A DNA stretch of 64,000 bases from Octopus vulgaris (GCA_951406725.2 OX597818.1:70246001-70310000); one strand, 5' to 3'; positions 23,141-38,177 are shown, counted from the first letter of the stretch. The notes: generated by a model from the letters alone, not told the origin. Program-made: numbers and translations.

Positions 23141-24662
23141 AAGGGTCCACCAAGGTTCAGTCCTCAGCCCCCTCCTATTTATCATAGTCCTCCTGGCAAT
23201 AACGGAGGAATTCAAGACAGGATGCCCCTGGGAGCTCCTCTATGCTGATGACTTTGCTCTAATTGCTGAGTCACTATCAGAACAAGAGGCAAAGTTTCAA
23301 GTGTGGAGACAAGGATTAGGATCGAAGGGCCTTAAAATCAACCTAGCTAAAATCAAAGTCCTAATATGTAGGAAGGCAGGCAAATCACAAACGCCTTCAG
23401 GTAGATGGCCCTGCTCAATCTGTAGAAAAGGTGTAGGTAGAAACTCTATAAGATGCACCAAGTGTAAGCTATGGACACATAAGAGGTGCAGCAATGTCAA
23501 AGGAAGGCTAACTGTGAAGATAGTCTTTGTATGTGGCAGATGCTCAGGAGCAATAAACACTGAAAATGCGCAGCGACCAACTTCCACTACATTCCAGGGA
23601 GAAAAACTAGAAATTGTTGATAGCTTCCATTACCTAGGTGACCAAGTCAGTAGCGGGGGTGGGGGTGCTGAAAGTGTAACTGCTGGAGTAAGAATAGCCT
23701 GGGCAAAACTCAGAGAGCTCTTACCTCTGCTGGGGACAAAAGGCCTCTCAATCAGAATAAAAGGCAGACTGTATGACGTATGTGTATGAACAGCCATGCT
23801 ACATGGCAGTGAAACGTGGGCCATGACTGCTGAGGATATGTATAAGCTTGCAAGAAATGAAGCCAGTATGCTCCGATGGATGTGTAATGTCAGTGTTCAT
23901 ACTCGACAGAGTGTAAGTACCTTGAGAGAAAAGTTGGACATAAGAAGCATCAGTTGTGGTGTGCAAGAGAGACGTTTGCGCTGGTCATGTAGTGAGAATG
24001 GATGAAGATAGTTGTGTGAAAAAGTGAAACACTCTAGCAGTTGAGGGAACCTGTAGAAGAGGTTGACCCAGGAAAACCGGGGACGAGGTGGTGAAGCATG
24101 ACCTTCTAACTTTAGGTCTCACTGAGGAAATGACCAGAGACCGAGACCTTTGGAAGTATACTGTGCGTGTGAAGACCCGGCAGGACAAGTGAGACCATAA
24201 CCCATGGCCTCTACCTGCGATGTAGCCAGTCCACTTATGCATACTTTTCCTTCTTGTGACACAAAACCCTATTTGTGTAGACCTGTTGAGGCAAGTGAAA
24301 ATCAAAATCAAAATCAATCAACATCAATGGAAATTGTAGCTGTGATACTAGTGCTGGTGGCACGTAAGAGAGCCATCCGAACGTGGCCTTTGCCAGTGCC
24401 ACCCCGACTGGCCTCCGTGCTGGTGGCATGTAAAAAGCACCATCCGATCATGGCCGTTTGCTAGCCTTGTCTGGCACCTGTGCAGGTGGCACGTAAAAAG
24501 CACCCACTACACTCACGGAGTGGTTGGTGTTAGGAAGGGCATCCAGCTGTAGAAACACTGCCAAATCAAACTGGGCCTGGCGCAGCCTTCTGGCTTCCCA
24601 GACCCCAGTTGAACCGTCCAACCCATGCTAGCATGGAAAACAGACGTTAAACGATGATGATG

Positions 24663-24663
<1 letters not shown>
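23141..24663 (+). mobile_element. RTE-clade (RTE-X-like) LINE, 5'-truncated: RT C-half with inserted PHD-like finger, and 3' UTR ending in (GAT)n
   Basis: VHQGSVLSPLLFIIVL, WELLYADDFALIAES, CSICRKGVGRNSIRCTKCKLWTHKRC..CGRC, FHYLGD, MLHGSETW. A few stops and frameshifts; tail gacgttaaacgatgatgatgat. Confidence 0.9.
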
Positions 24664-24737
<74 letters not shown>

Positions 24738-24769
24738 TATATATATACATATATATATACATATATATA

Positions 24770-24811
<42 letters not shown>
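24664..24811. repeat. (TA)n microsatellite with TG/CA interruptions
   Basis: Directly visible. Confidence 0.95.
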
Positions 24812-24814
<3 letters not shown>

Positions 24815-25590
24815 GCATCTCCATCTACCAAGATTCACTTACAAGGCATTCGTTGGACTTGAGTTTAAATAAAAAGCACTTATCTAAGCTGCAGTGCATT
24901 GGGACTGAACCGATAGCCATATGATTGTCAAGCAAACTTCTCAATCCCACAGTTATATCAAGTCTATGATGATATGACATAAGTGAATTTGACTAAATTG
25001 TTAACCAGACAAAATAAACTTCTTAATTCATATTGAACTAAAAGACCATTAAAACCTCCTTTTGGACTGTCTGCATTCAGTTAAAATAGTGTGATAAAAG
25101 GTAAAAATAGTTTCATGTAAAAGTTATTTAAATTTAAAGAACCAGTCAATGAGTTTGGAAATAACAAAGAAATCACACTTTATTTTCTTTTTTCAAATTA
25201 ATATATATACTTCTAAGAGTGAAAACAGATGAGGAGTGAATGTATGTGTGTAGTATATATACGTGTGTATTTGTGTATTAATATGTGTATGCATATATAT
25301 ATATATGTATGCACTCACATACTTTGTGTTCCTTATTTCTATCTATTTTATGCATGTCCATATGTATTTATATGTGTGTATGTATTTATATTAGTGTTTC
25401 TGTGCATATTTATGTTTGCGTGTATACATGCACTTATTCATTTTACACGTTCACTCTTTGCCTGTTTTCCTTCTCAGAAGTGCATATAATAATTATACAA
25501 AAAATAAAAATTCTTTTCTCTTTCAAAAGTAATTCACTTATCTTTAAACTGAAATAACATTTATGTGAAGATTTCTACATTGTATGTATG

Positions 25591-25685
25591 TGTGTGCGTA
25601 TGTGGTTTTGTGTACGTGTGTGTGCATATGTGGTTTTGTGTACGTGTGTGTGCATATGTGGTTTTGTGTACGTGTGTGTGCATAT
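25591..25685. repeat. 28-bp minisatellite, 3 copies
   Basis: tggttttg recurs at 25603, 25631 and 25659. Confidence 0.9.
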
Positions 25686-27079
25686 CTTCCAGTTTTTGTT
25701 TTTATCAACTTTTACTTGGTGGATTACACACATTCGTATTCATCGTAGTGTTTAACACTACAAGATTTAGTTTGGTGGAGGTAACTGCTGCTTCACATAT
25801 CATTGCTTCAGCATTTCATGTTTTAATATCTCTGCAAGTAGAGTTACATTAATTTCGAAGGCTTATTAGGAATTAAATTTGTTGTATTAGTAGTAAAAAT
25901 GTAACTTATTTCTATTAAATAATTTTTTGTACATTTGGTTAATGAAGGAATGCTTATTAATTTAGAATAAGATGTTTTTGATAATATTGGTCTTAACATT
26001 TAACAAAAACTGGTGGGGTGAGGTGAACTAGAGGAAGTTCCAACATCCCCTCTTAGTTTGGTAGTTAGTGATGGAGTTAGGGTGTTACCAAATTTTGTCT
26101 TTGAATACATTCGATTCTCCTAAATTATTATTGTAGGGGTTCATGCTATGAAACGACATCTATATTCAATGACAAACTAGATATCCTTTAGGGATTCCTG
26201 GATTAAAAATAGAGGCTAAAAATCCACATCTACATTTTTGCTGTTGCTTGATATTTTAGCTTTCCTATTTGGCAAGTTTATTTAATTGATGAGATATAAA
26301 GTGGGTGAAATGAAAGCAATCTCTCCTATCGATAGATAATATATTAGCTTTTGTTGATTAAAAATAAACATTTCTGCTATAAAAAAAATGGAAGAAAAAT
26401 GACAGTATATGACAAGGAAATATTTGAAATCTTTCTATCCTTTGAAAGCAAGTAACTATATTGAAAAAAAATTGGTCCTATCGCTATTAGATATTGAATA
26501 TTACAGGAAGAGGATGTAGGGAAAAAAAGTAAAACGTCTTCCCCCCAAATTCCCATCCCTAAAGCATTATTTTTCAGCCTTAAAGGTAGATAGAGATGTA
26601 TGATTAAGTAAACCATCCGTTTTATTGTGTTTTTATTATTTTAATAATTTTATTTAATTTATTTTTATATTTTATATGAGTTTTAATTGCCTTGTTTATG
26701 GCCTTAAGAAAGAAAATAAAGTCACTATTTATCATGGCCGATTCTTTAAAAGTTTGCAACATCATGTTTGTGTAAGATACCATTTTATATGGCATCAACA
26801 AAAACTGTTCTCCATTTCAAAAACAACAGACAAAACCCCCAAATACATTTAAAAAATGCTATAATCTCTATAATATACAATATTGATTTCTCTCAAGGTG
26901 CAAGGCTACAAATTGTAGGCCTCAGTATATAGCTTGTGTATATATTTTATCAATAACTCCTGGGAGATAAAATATATATGGTATGAAGTCGATCTCTTTG
27001 GGATTTGATCGTGAAAAGTAAATACTGTAGGGCATTTTTGCAAGGCTCTATCATTTTTGTCACTCTTCTGCATTTATTG

Positions 27080-27600
27080 GTAAATATCATTGGAACTTCT
27101 ATGAATTTTCATACTTCTCTCCTAAAACAATTTCTGCAGCAAAATCTTTCCACATTTCAGCATATGCCAACCTGTTAAAGATAATTGTACACACCTTTAT
27201 TTTAATCAACACTTCTTAGTATTCCTCCTTTTGATTAATTCCAGCTTGACAAAGCTTTGCACGCATCACCAAATTTACTGTTCAGCTCCTGGAACAGCAG
27301 TTCTTAATGGGCTGTGTTTAGCAGATTCGGTGTCCATCTCTGATGAAACATTAGCAACGCAGAAACACATGTCCTATGGTTCAATGACATCATTCATAGC
27401 CCATTGGTGTGTTTTTCACAAACATTGGATATCGGAAGACTTTTTCACCCAAGACAGTTCCCACCACAAAGCTCCTTTCATGCTTGACTGAACATAAACA
27501 AGTTACATGTAATTGTACCTTGTCATATTACAACTGAAACTGCCAACGATGCTTCTGCTCAAATGCCATTCGTTCCGACATATGTTGGCAAATCAAAATC
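27080..27600 (-). mobile_element. Possible mariner transposase N-terminal relic
   Basis: Minus-strand fragments loosely follow the G....I / V..W..F.DGR layout; very decayed. Confidence 0.25.
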
Positions 27601-28391
27601 TAAGAATTTCAAAATTCTCTGTATTTCATACTTTACTCAAGGCTCCTTCCATAAAACTTATTTTCCTTGACTGCCTGCATGACCCAGTGATTAGGGTGTT
27701 GTTTTCATGACCACAAAGCTGTGAGTTCAATTCCTGGCCTAGACATTGTGTTGTATATTTGTACAAGGCACTTTCTTACACATTACTACATTCTATTCAA
27801 GTGACAACGAGTATTAGCTGAATGCCAGTGCTGCCCTCGCATCATCTCATACTTGATCTTCTACTGTGTCATGGATGGAAAGACTGAAAGAGACAGTATT
27901 TTTGCTTGTGATGAAATAGGCACCAAAAACTTAGCAAAGGGACGCCACATGGCACCAAGTTATACTTACATACAGTCATTGTGTATGTTTTTTTTTCTTT
28001 TAGTTATTAATATGTCTACATAACATTTATTTGCTTCTCACTTTTCCTTCCTCTATTTCCCTCCTGTCTTCATCTGTCTGTCCAGGTAGGTAATTAGACA
28101 GCTTGCTTACTTGCAACAATTCAAATTAAGCTCTAATTATCCAATTATTCAGTCATTCAGATCTCCAAGGTAGGAGGAAACTTCTGAGGCAATAAAATAA
28201 CTCTTATTATATCAGCAGATCTGGGCAAACAAGAGCAGCTTTCAGGCCACATGCAGTCTTGGAGGAATTTGGTCCATGGGGCATCTAATCTCATGTTTTT
28301 ATGGCATTAACTCTATATTACAATTTTGCAACATAATCTGTACATTGAGCTGAAATTCATCATCTCTCTTTCTCTCTTCCTCCTTTTCTCA

Positions 28392-28437
<46 letters not shown>

Positions 28438-28906
28438 TTCTCCCTCTCGATTATAACTCTGTTCTGTCGGGGTTAAACTAGGGATTGACAAAAACATTAA
28501 CATCATGCAACAAGAACATTGAATAATGTAATCCAAGATAAACTACTGAAAATAAATAGGTTGGTCATGGTTGGAACGTCTTTAATTGTAGGTCTCCTTG
28601 ATAAGGGAGGACTTATCAATGGCATCATTATTACATGCCCTTTTCTAAGCCTGCATTGATCAGATGAAATTGATTAAACTACGTTTTCCATGACTCAGTG
28701 CTCTTCCTTGTTCCTAAACCTCGTTTCCAAGTAATAGTTTCTCTTGGCCCTTCAGGACAAACAGGACAAACAGGACTGACATTTTATCACAAGATATTGC
28801 TTAGGAACAACACCACTTGAAGGACAGTGATGCTTGTTTACAGTTGGTTCATAATGTTAAAGAGAAGGAGACACACACACACACACTCATGCCTATACAC
28901 ATTACC

Positions 28907-29030
28907 GGTACAGGAATGGCTGTTTGCTTTAGAAGTTCACTTCCCAGCCATGTGGTTTTGAGTTCACAACCCCAAGTTGATGAAAGCCTTGGGAGTGAAT
29001 TTAGTTGGTGGAAACTGAAAGAAACCACAT
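28907..29030 (+). mobile_element. tRNA-derived SINE, family C (internally deleted)
   Basis: ggtacaggaatggctg..cttcccagccatgtggttttgagttca..aaagccttgggagtgaattt..ggaaactgaaagaa. Confidence 0.6.
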
Positions 29031-32000
29031 ATGGTGTCAGAAGGGACATCCAGTCATAGAAGCTATACAAAAACAGACATGGAGCCCAGGCAGTTCCTGT
29101 CCAACCATCGAAGTGTGTGTAAGCATGTGGATGTGTAAGTGTGCCTGTGGATGTGTAAGTGTGCAAGAGTGTCTGTTGACATTTGTACTCAATCAAAGTC
29201 ACAAGTTATGAGAGGTGTTCACTGGTGTAGCTTCTCTCACCAAGAAATCATTGTCTTGCTTCATACCTTCCATATGAAATGAGAGATTTCTTTCTTGGAG
29301 AACTGGTAAGGGTTAGCAACAGGAAATGCATCTCAGCAGTATATTTGTCGAAGCCATGTTAGTATGGTAAAACATTTACAAAAATGAATGACTAATTATA
29401 TGTGATTTGCAGTTCAATCCCACTGCATGGCACCTTGGGCAAGGGTATTTTGTTCTAATATAGCATCATGCTAGCCAAAGGCTTGGGAGTGGATTTGGAA
29501 GGACGAAACTTGTATATTTATTTGTTTGTGTAAGCATGTTTGTATCTCCTAGTCTTGCCATCACATGATAGTTTTAAATGAACATCACTGTCATACAAGT
29601 GATGTCCTTCCCTTCCAATCTTCCATGAAAACATGTCTGGCCATCGGGAAATATTTCCTTGCCTGGAAACAAATGAGGGTTAGTGATAGGAAAAGCAGCT
29701 AGTCTGAGAAAATCTGCCTCAATGGGTTCCATCCAAGCCATGTGAGCATTAAAAAGGGGACACTATGATGATGATGCTGGTATATGTACAACAGGCTTCT
29801 TTCATTTTCCTTCTGGCAGATTCACTCACAGACTGTCTAAAAGCAACAACAACAACAACAACAACTGCTGTTCACCATAAAATACCAACTGTAATAACTC
29901 TTCTCTTTGTCAGATTAAAGAATAAAAAATGTGACAAATGAGTGAAGAATTTAGTGAGTCTCAATTCGAAAGTGCATCATCCTTTGATTTACACACAACG
30001 CTAAAATAAATTACCTGAAAACTAAACATCTAACTGAAAGAGAGGATTAGAATCGTAATTAATCTTTATTCTTCCATTATCAAAGATCTTATTATTTGTA
30101 CTTTTAGAATTAAATTGTCATTAAGCACATTTACTTCTCTCATTTACCTGTATCATTTGACATATCTCCAACAATACATTGGAGATTTTTAGTCAAACAA
30201 ATTTCTTTCTTTGTTCTTTTCTAATTGTACAAGCACATCCATAATTAAGCCTATCAAAGGCATTCCACCCATGACCAATCTAATCTTTTTTCTCCTTGGA
30301 AGTGTAGTTAGGATTAACTTATTCAATCTGCCTGTCCTCCTTTAAGACTTGAGGAGGATTTGGCATCTACTTCTAGCATATTCAGTGATAGCATAGAAGC
30401 TCCTTCATTAGCTTGCTATCTATGATGTTTGAGGTGTTTAGCCCAAGGTTAAACCAGATCCAGTCAATATAAAATGAAAAGCATTCAACTCGTGATCATC
30501 CCATAATCTCTTTGTAATTCAGAAATTGTCTACCACAGATTACATTATCCAACATGTTTTTCATTTTGCTTTTTTTTTTTTACATTTTATAGGTGGAGAC
30601 AAGTCTGTGGTTTGAGAAGCAAACTTCTCAATTGCACATTCATACTTAAACCTATAATGTCTGACTGTGTGGTTCAGGTTCAATCTCAGTACAAAGTAGC
30701 TTGGACAATTGCTTTCCATTATAACACCAGGAGATTTAAAAGATGGAAACTGAAAGAAGCCTTTCGTATATCTGTGTGTTTTTCTGTGTGTTTGTTTACT
30801 TTTGTGTTTCTCTGAAAATCAGGCAGTTATGGGTGATGACATTCTTGTCATTTCTGCCCAATCAACAACTCCTCCACTGGCTTCCCACCCTCGCTGTTCC
30901 TCCCATAACTCCTCACATCCAATCACTTTCCTCTTTTCGTAGCACATGACTTATCTATTTCATCCCATTTCCTTTTACAACATTCATCAGTGGCTTTATT
31001 TTCCTCATTGTTGTCTTCCTCTCTCAGTGATTCCTCCCTAATCCATTAAACCTAATCTCATAATCTCTTCTTTCTGACCATCCCAGCTGTTACACCCCCA
31101 TCACCCACCTCTCACTTTTATAACTCACTCTCATAAACCACATCACTTCGCATACATCTATTCTGCTGTCCAAGAATTTGGACCTGGAGATCTCCATTTC
31201 CAGCGACTTCGAGGGACACCTCCCAGTGGTGTCGGGCGTCAACAAAGATCCCTCGACTACAACAAAATGACCAAAGTTTTCTTTTTCTTTCCAAGGTCTG
31301 GGGTCTCCCACCCCTAAGCCCTAAACCATCACCTAATCACCCTTACCTGTCTTGTTGCTTAACAACAACACCAGCAACATCTATACTTTGCCATTCATTT
31401 TCCACAGTATCACAGTATTGACCAGACTGTTGGATGTTGTTATACATCACTGGTCACAATGCACTTCACATTGTTTTTAGCTTGTCAATGATGCCACCCC
31501 AATGGCTTGGTGAGCAGGCCAACATTCCCTACCCTGATCTGAAGACTATTCCATCACATGGTTACCCGTTTTACTATTTGAGTAGAATGGAACATTGACA
31601 AATTTTTCCGCCTTGTAACGGTAATTTATCCGGTATTTCTACCGTTCTAATGGCAACTCTGCATTCGAAATAATATCATCTTCTTATTTGTATCATACAA
31701 TTCACATTTCAAAGCTTCTAATAAAAGAGAAGAGAAGAAAAAAACAAAATAGTTGTCTGTTTACATTTACGCACACAGTTATAAAATGAAGTGTTTTGCA
31801 CAAGAACACCACATGCCACCCAGCCTGGGAATCAAATCCATGATATAGCAATTGGGAGTGCAACACCATAACTACTAAGCCACATGCCTTCACACATCAT
31901 TTCTAAAAAGTCAAAATAGATGCAATGGTCATGGCTGGAATCTCATTGATCTAATGTCTGCTGAATGAAGTTTGGCTCAGGGCTAAACTGAAGTTGTTTG

Positions 32001-33660
32001 CTTTCTTTCTCCAAGATTTTACTACAAACATTTAATATAGCCGAGTGATCCTTTCCCTGAGGTTAACTTTCTAATGTAGCTGAGGTCGTCACACGGTGCT
32101 GATTCTTAGATATTACACTTTTATTTTATTAAAATTTGCTATAGAAGTTCTAAGTAGTCCTGAAGCTTTCTAGAAATAACAGCCTAATCTTTGTTTAATC
32201 ACACACTTCAGTCTAAAAATATGGAAAGACAAAATGGTTTGGGAAATTTTTGCTCTTATACATTCTCTTTTTCTAAGGCTCAAATGGGAATAAATAAGGA
32301 TGATGACCGTTCTTGAGAAATGCATGAGTCTAATATAATTTCATCAAACCATTTTCCCACCCTGATTCAACCAATAAATCTGTTGCACAAGGCCCCAGAT
32401 TAATAGGTTTATCAATAATCTAAAACAGAATTTACTTCTTTTTGTTTGTATGTTTGTGATAGTTTTATTTGAAGTCTTTCTTCGGGAAATTCTTTTCACC
32501 CAAAATTAACTGTGACGCAAAAATTACGAAAGCAATGTTGAAAAATATCTGTTTGATGATGAGAAAGAATGTTATTTTTTGGAATTAATTTAGACAATAT
32601 TAAATAACAAATGTGTTCGCGAGTTTTATTTTATCTATTTGTTTGTTTTTTTTTAGTATTATTGATTTTAATTCTCTTAGGCTTTGATTTTAACCAGGTG
32701 TTAGGATGGACAGTGTGTTGGAAGATACTGGAATTGTTTTCCAAAATAAAATCTCTTACCATAGCTTGTCTTTTCTCTCCTAAGAATAGTGATGTGTTTT
32801 TGGCACAGCTTGTTAATATCGATTCTGTTGTAGCTTCTAGTCAGAATTAAAGTATAATAATGGTTTCTCATTCCCTCAGAGTGGTTCACTCTAGAACTGC
32901 CTTTATCCTATAACAGGTGTATTTATCAAATAAAGACTTATTCTTGTCTTGGAGTTATCTTAGTACTGAACTGTTGTTGTTTAGCCCAAGGTTAGACCTG
33001 GTCGAGTAGATCTATGACCATAAGCATTCCGATTGTGACCATCCAAACCTTTTGGTATTTTTTTAAAGAATAATCTAACTTGGTTACTGAAGGGAAATGT
33101 TTATGCTGCATGAATGAGAAGTGCTATGATTTATGGGAAGGAAATATGGTAACAGGTGCAGAACAGGTGAGAGGTCCACAAAAAATGGAAATGTGGATGG
33201 CAGAATAGATGAGCAGACAATCAGCAGGAAGGAGGAAAACAAGGACAAATTACAGGTGATGATAGGTGTAAGATCATTGATGGATGCTGCAAAGAGAAAT
33301 GGGATGACTTGGGTGAGTCATGTAATGAGTTTTGAGGAAAGATTAAGAAAAATTAAAATAAGTGAGTGAAAGGTAAAATGGAAATGAATATGGAAAGTAA
33401 AAGCAAAACTTTTAATGGGTTTAACTTATTCATATCAACTCGTGGTTAATGTAGAAGGTACCAACCAAAGATGCTAGACAGAGGGAAGAAAGTTACTCAG
33501 GGCTTGTAGATGAGTTTGTTTAGTGATTTGTTGCTGATAAATCGCACAATTATTATAAATGGTCTTTTAAGGGAAAAATAGGATATTTTTATTGCCTGAA
33601 GGGTCACACAGACCAAAGCCTCTGGGTTGCAACAAAATGAGTCAGAAAGAACAATATGAG

Positions 33661-33700
<40 letters not shown>

Positions 33701-33705
<5 letters not shown>

Positions 33706-33990
33706 CATGGCCTAGAGGTTATGGTGTTGCACTCATGATCTAGTGATCATGGTTCCAATTCCTGAACTGGGTGGTACATTGTGTTCTTGAGCAAAACACT
33801 TCATCTCACATTATTCTGCAATCACTTCAACACCTGACATTTGGTACACCGTGAACCTGTTCGGGTAAACATTGATTTGATGGATGGAGTGAGGAGCTAA
33901 TGTGCAGCAGGAACATTTGGTCCCCATAAACAAATCATTTGTGCAGTTCAGTCAACAAAAACTAAATACTCAACAGGATATTCCATAATA
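33701..33990 (+). mobile_element. tRNA-derived SINE, family B
   Basis: aggtgcatggcctagaggtta (A box), ggttccaattcc (B box), ttgtgttcttgagcaaaacact core; follows (GT)n. Confidence 0.7.
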
Positions 33991-34422
33991 TATGTGCTTC
34001 TGTGTGTGTGTGTGCATGTGTGCGTGTGTGTGTGTGTTTTGGAAATTGGAAAGATTGATACATCATAATGGCTGTCAGTTTCATCCTGCAATTCTTCAGA
34101 CAGTGGAATATTTTGTGACTTTGCTACATTTAGAAGAAATAGCATTTTCCCTGAGCTATATGCATGTGTGTTTGTAAAATAAAATGTAATTGACAGTCAA
34201 AGTACCAAAAGATAATTTATTGGAAGAGAAATTTTCCATCAGTCCTTGTTCTATGTTTTCCAGCACTAATCACTGGACTAGTATGTTTGCACAGGTTTTG
34301 AACGGTATGGCAAGCAGTGGCATATACGTATATGTTATATAGCATATATAGATATGGGATGTAGAAAGATAGATGGATAGATAGAGAGACAGATAGATAT
34401 TAGCATTTATATATATATATAT

Positions 34423-34470
<48 letters not shown>

Positions 34471-34489
34471 ATGGATGGATGGATGCCAT

Positions 34490-34640
34490 TTATAAGACCT
34501 GGGACAAAGTACTGAAGACTGACCTGGAGATGTTGTGCTTCATGGAAAAGATGACAAAAGACTGAGACAACTGATGATTTGCTGTACTTGAGAAGATTTG
34601 TTCACTCGTGTACACCCTGGCAAAAATGATGTCTTGAATG
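34490..34640 (+). mobile_element. Short 3' fragment of an RTE LINE ORF
   Basis: KTWDKVLKTDLEML..MTKD..FAVLEK matches the C-terminus of the 23 kb and 36 kb copies. Confidence 0.55.
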
Positions 34641-35981
34641 CTTATCATTTTTACCAATTCTCTTGCATTCAAACTTTCCCTACAACTCATCTTCCCAAAA
34701 CCCATTCCTTCATCACTCACCTAACTACTGCACTTTCTCTATGTCATATTGGCCAACGAATCCCTTCCTCCACTTCATCCACTCCTATAAACTCCTGATC
34801 TTCACCCTTGACACTGAGCAACCCTCATTCTCTCCTTACCATACTTTTCATCATCTTCTTATTGCCAGCTTTTTTGAGTTTTATTACAATGCAACCCCCA
34901 CTTTTTTTGTCCTGTCACTTACCAGCCCTTTCTCTCTGATTCACTCCTTTTTCTTTCACCTGCCCCTAAACTGATATTCACCTTTGGCTATGCTCTCTCA
35001 CCTGTTTCCCATTCACTGTATTACCTGTATCCCTATTTGCTACTTCTAACAATCTCTCACTCACCTCACATTCTCATGGACTTATCTACTCCTTCCTCCT
35101 TCTTCCCATCACTCATTCCTTTGTCCCTATCCTCCTCTTGTACCCGGCCCCTCATCACAATCATCTTCTTCTCTCCTTTTCTAGTTGGGGGTTCACTGTT
35201 GCCTCTCAAAAACTGGTATAAGCCACCCACCTCAACACTGCAGCCCTTCAATCATTTATTTTCATTTTGCAATATATTAAATGTCTTGCGAGGTACTTGG
35301 TAACCTCAACAGTGCCAGTGACACTAAAGAGAAACACCCAGTGTGTGAGGTGGGTGATGCAAGGAAGGGTTTCCAGCCACCAAAACCAGACCAAAATAGA
35401 TATTGCAGCTCTGATCTGTTGGATCCTTTCAAAGTGTCTAATCCGTGTTAGCATGAGATGTGGACACAAGATGGTGATGATTATGATGATGATGAATGAT
35501 GGTATCTGTGTGTGTACATGTGTGTGTGTGTGCGTGTGTATGTATGTATATGTAGTATTAGATTCTGTTGTTAAGGTTGCTACAGATGTAGTAAATGAAA
35601 GTGGCTTGCATTTTCAGAAGCAAGTTGAATAAGAAAAGCACCATTAACACGTGATGTTTCAGTAAATATATTCAGCATATTAACTCTACAGCTTGAAATA
35701 TAGATTTCAAAGTACGACTGATGTTTGATATATGTGCTTTTAATATAACTTCAAATTTCATCCACTCTCTCTCTCTCTCTCTCTCTCTCTATTTTTTCTT
35801 TTGCAATATATTAAATGTCAGAGGTTATTCCATCTTAATATCTGTTGTTCATGAATTTGATTTTTCATTCTGCTATTCTCAAACATCAAAATTTCTTGAA
35901 GTTATGTGTTTTTCTGTCTTCTCCAAACTATAAAATCTCTCCCCCCCCTCTCTCCCCATACATACATATATACATTCATAC

Positions 35982-36025
<44 letters not shown>

Positions 36026-36482
36026 ATATGCATGTATTTCTTGTAGTGCTGTGATTGCAGTTATCATTCAGGGTGTTTCCATATCTTCCTTATCACATTG
36101 CTGGATTAACATGGCTGAGATGTGGGGTTTATGAAATAAAGTATTTATGAGTGGTCAGTGATTCAATGGAAACATGTATCAATTAAGAGATAATGATGAA
36201 AATAGATTACAAGCTGTATAAATGTGTGTGTGTGTGTGTGTGTGTATGCCAGGGTTTTACTTGAGAGGTAAGTGACTTGATCTGGGACTGTGGGGCTTAA
36301 AACCATGACTTTGTAGAAAAGCCATTTCTTAACACACAACTGATGAATTCCCTTCAGACTCAATTTAAAGTAAAATTAGCAGCTTTGTGTGATTAAATGG
36401 CTGGAATGGCTCTCCTGCAATGCAATTGCTAGTGCTGCATGTGTGTGCAACTTATGCATGGATATAAATGTATGTGGGTGTG

Positions 36483-37597
36483 TTGGCAAATGCTCAGGAG
36501 CAATAAACACTAAAAATGTGCAGAAAACAGCTTTCGTCACATTCCAGGGGAAAAAAACTACAAGTGATTGATAGCTTCTGTTACCTAGATGACCAAATCT
36601 GTAGTGGGGGTGGTTGCTCTGAGAGTGTAGCTGCTAGAATAAGAATAGCCAGGGCAAAGTTGAGAGAGCTCATACCTCCGCTGGTGGCAAAGGGCCTCTC
36701 ATTGAGAGTGAAAGGTAGACTGTATAACACGTGTGTGAACTGCCATGCTACATGGCAGTGAAACATGGGCCGTGACTGCTGAGGACATGCTAAAGCTTGC
36801 AAGGAATGAAGCTAGTATGCTCCACTGGATGTGTAATGTCAGTGTGCACACACAACAGAGTGTAAGGGCTCTGAGAGAAAAGATGGACGTAAGAAGCATC
36901 AGATGTTGTGTGCAAGAGAGTCGACTGCACTCGTATGGTCATGTGTTATGCATGGATGAGGACAACTCTGTGAAAAAGTGTCACACCCTAACAGTAGAGG
37001 GAACCTGTGAAAGAGGTAGACCCAGGAAGACCTTGGATGAGGTGGTGAAGCATGACCTTCGAACATTAAGCCTCACCGAGGCAATGACAAGTGACCGAGA
37101 CCTTTGGAAATATGCTGTGTTTGCAAAGACCCGGCAAGCCAAGTGAGACTCTAACCATGACCTATGCCAGTGCAGTATAACCAGCTGATTTAAAAGTACC
37201 CTTCAATCATTGGGATATAAACCATGCTTACAAAGACATGTTGAGGCAGGCAAAGTCATTGTCATGGCTAATGGTACCACCTGATTGGCACCCATGCCGG
37301 TAGCACGTAAGAAGCACCATTTGAATGTGGTCGATGCCAGTGCTGCCAGACTGGTTCTGTGCCGGTGGCATGCAGAAAGCACTATTTGAGCATGGTCAAT
37401 GCCAGTACTGCCTGACTGGCTCTCGTACCGGTGGCACATAAGCATCCACTACACTCTTGGAGTGGTTGTTGTTAGGAAGGGCATCCAGCTGTAGAAATTT
37501 TGCCAGATCAGATTCAAGCCTGGTACAGCCTTCTGGCTCGCCAGCCCTCAGTCAAACCTTCCAACCATGGAAAGCGGACGTTAAACGATGATGATGA
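36483..37597 (+). mobile_element. Second RTE-X-like LINE copy, 5'-truncated
   Basis: Homologous to 23533-24663. ORF 36745..37146 MLHGSETWAVT..RGRPRKT..DRDLWKYAV; same UTR and (GAT)n tail. Confidence 0.9.
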
Positions 37598-37640
37598 TAT
37601 ATATGTATGAATGTATGCATATGTGTATATATATAGTGAA

Positions 37641-38177
<537 letters not shown>

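Noticed and set aside
25591-25685. CRISPR-like 28-bp repeats
   Set aside because: Head-to-tail minisatellite with no spacers, in a eukaryotic context.
32761-32837. Possible 77-nt minus-strand exon (ctgactag .. ATG/gtaaga)
   Set aside because: Splice-like signals and open frames, but no homology or partner exons; expected by chance in AT-rich DNA.
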